The notes under the pieces are model-generated. The model was given only the letters and a program-made list of their open reading frames with translations, was not told the origin of the DNA and ran no database searches. Source: Malacoraja senta (taxonomy: Eukaryota). From it: a stretch of 64,000 nucleotides of DNA. The DNA lies in assembly GCA_038087875.1 (NCBI GenBank), contig CM075994.1, forward strand, positions 62,001 to 126,000. Direction: 5' to 3'. A program made the position numbers and the translations under genes. Positions 63,613-64,000 of the stretch are shown in pieces. Positions within the stretch are counted from its first letter, which is position 1. Each line of letters begins with the position of its first letter.

Positions 63613-64000
63613 ATGAACATGAAATGCAGGAAGGAGGGGGTAGGAGCAGAGTGACCAAGGGGGAGGGATAAGGTGGGAGGTATGCATGGGAGTGGGGACG
63701 GGGAAATATGGGATGATTGGAGGAGGTGCTATTTGAATTTTGAAAATTCAATGTTCGTACCATTGTCTTGCAAGCCAAGGAGTTTTGTGCATGCATTTGT
63801 GAAATTGCAAAACCATTGGCGATTTACAGTGGGGTACAAGTAATTTTCTTTGAAGTTAGACACAAAATGCTGGAGTAAGTCAGCGGGGACGGGCTGCATA
63901 TCTGGAGAGAAGGAATGGGTGACATTTTGGGTCGACACCCTCCTTCAGCCTGTCAGCAGAGAGGGAGACACAGAGGTAATGAAGTATAAGGTGTGAAAAC

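Noticed and set aside
63779..63822. Similarity to 1740-1780 (TGAAATTGCAAA.CCATTG), hinting at a ~62-kb segmental repeat
   Set aside because: The match is only ~40 bp at modest identity and both sites abut PLE fragments, which is too weak to call.

Overview
Repeat-dense vertebrate genomic DNA, most likely from a cartilaginous fish (skate/ray-like). This is inferred from abundant tRNA-derived HE1/V-SINE-like SINEs, HER1/CR1-like LINEs and Penelope-like element (PLE) repeats. Host genes: (1) an intact tRNA-His(GUG) on the minus strand at 3980-4051; (2) a spliced minus-strand Ig-superfamily gene with four in-phase coding exons: signal peptide 34329-34269, Cys-less IgV 27787-27488, IgC2 23427-23158, TM 20225-20131 (242 codons, CD2/SLAM-family architecture; final exon uncertain). 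The rest is layered mobile DNA: CR1, L2/Crack-like, Rex-Babar, L1/Tx1 and HERO-like LINEs, PLEs with hammerhead-like motifs, a decayed DIRS element, Tc1, several hAT and Harbinger-like DNA elements, and an intron-containing THAP relic. The most unusual observations are: a locally re-inserted copy whose boundary coincides with the gene's 3' splice site (18-bp TSD); a second 339-bp exact templated insertion; mobile palindromic hammerhead-core units; a MITE with inward-facing telomeric arms; and a CCTC/GAGG foldback around a promoter-like core. Family names come from motif recognition only, with no database search, and many repeat boundaries are approximate.
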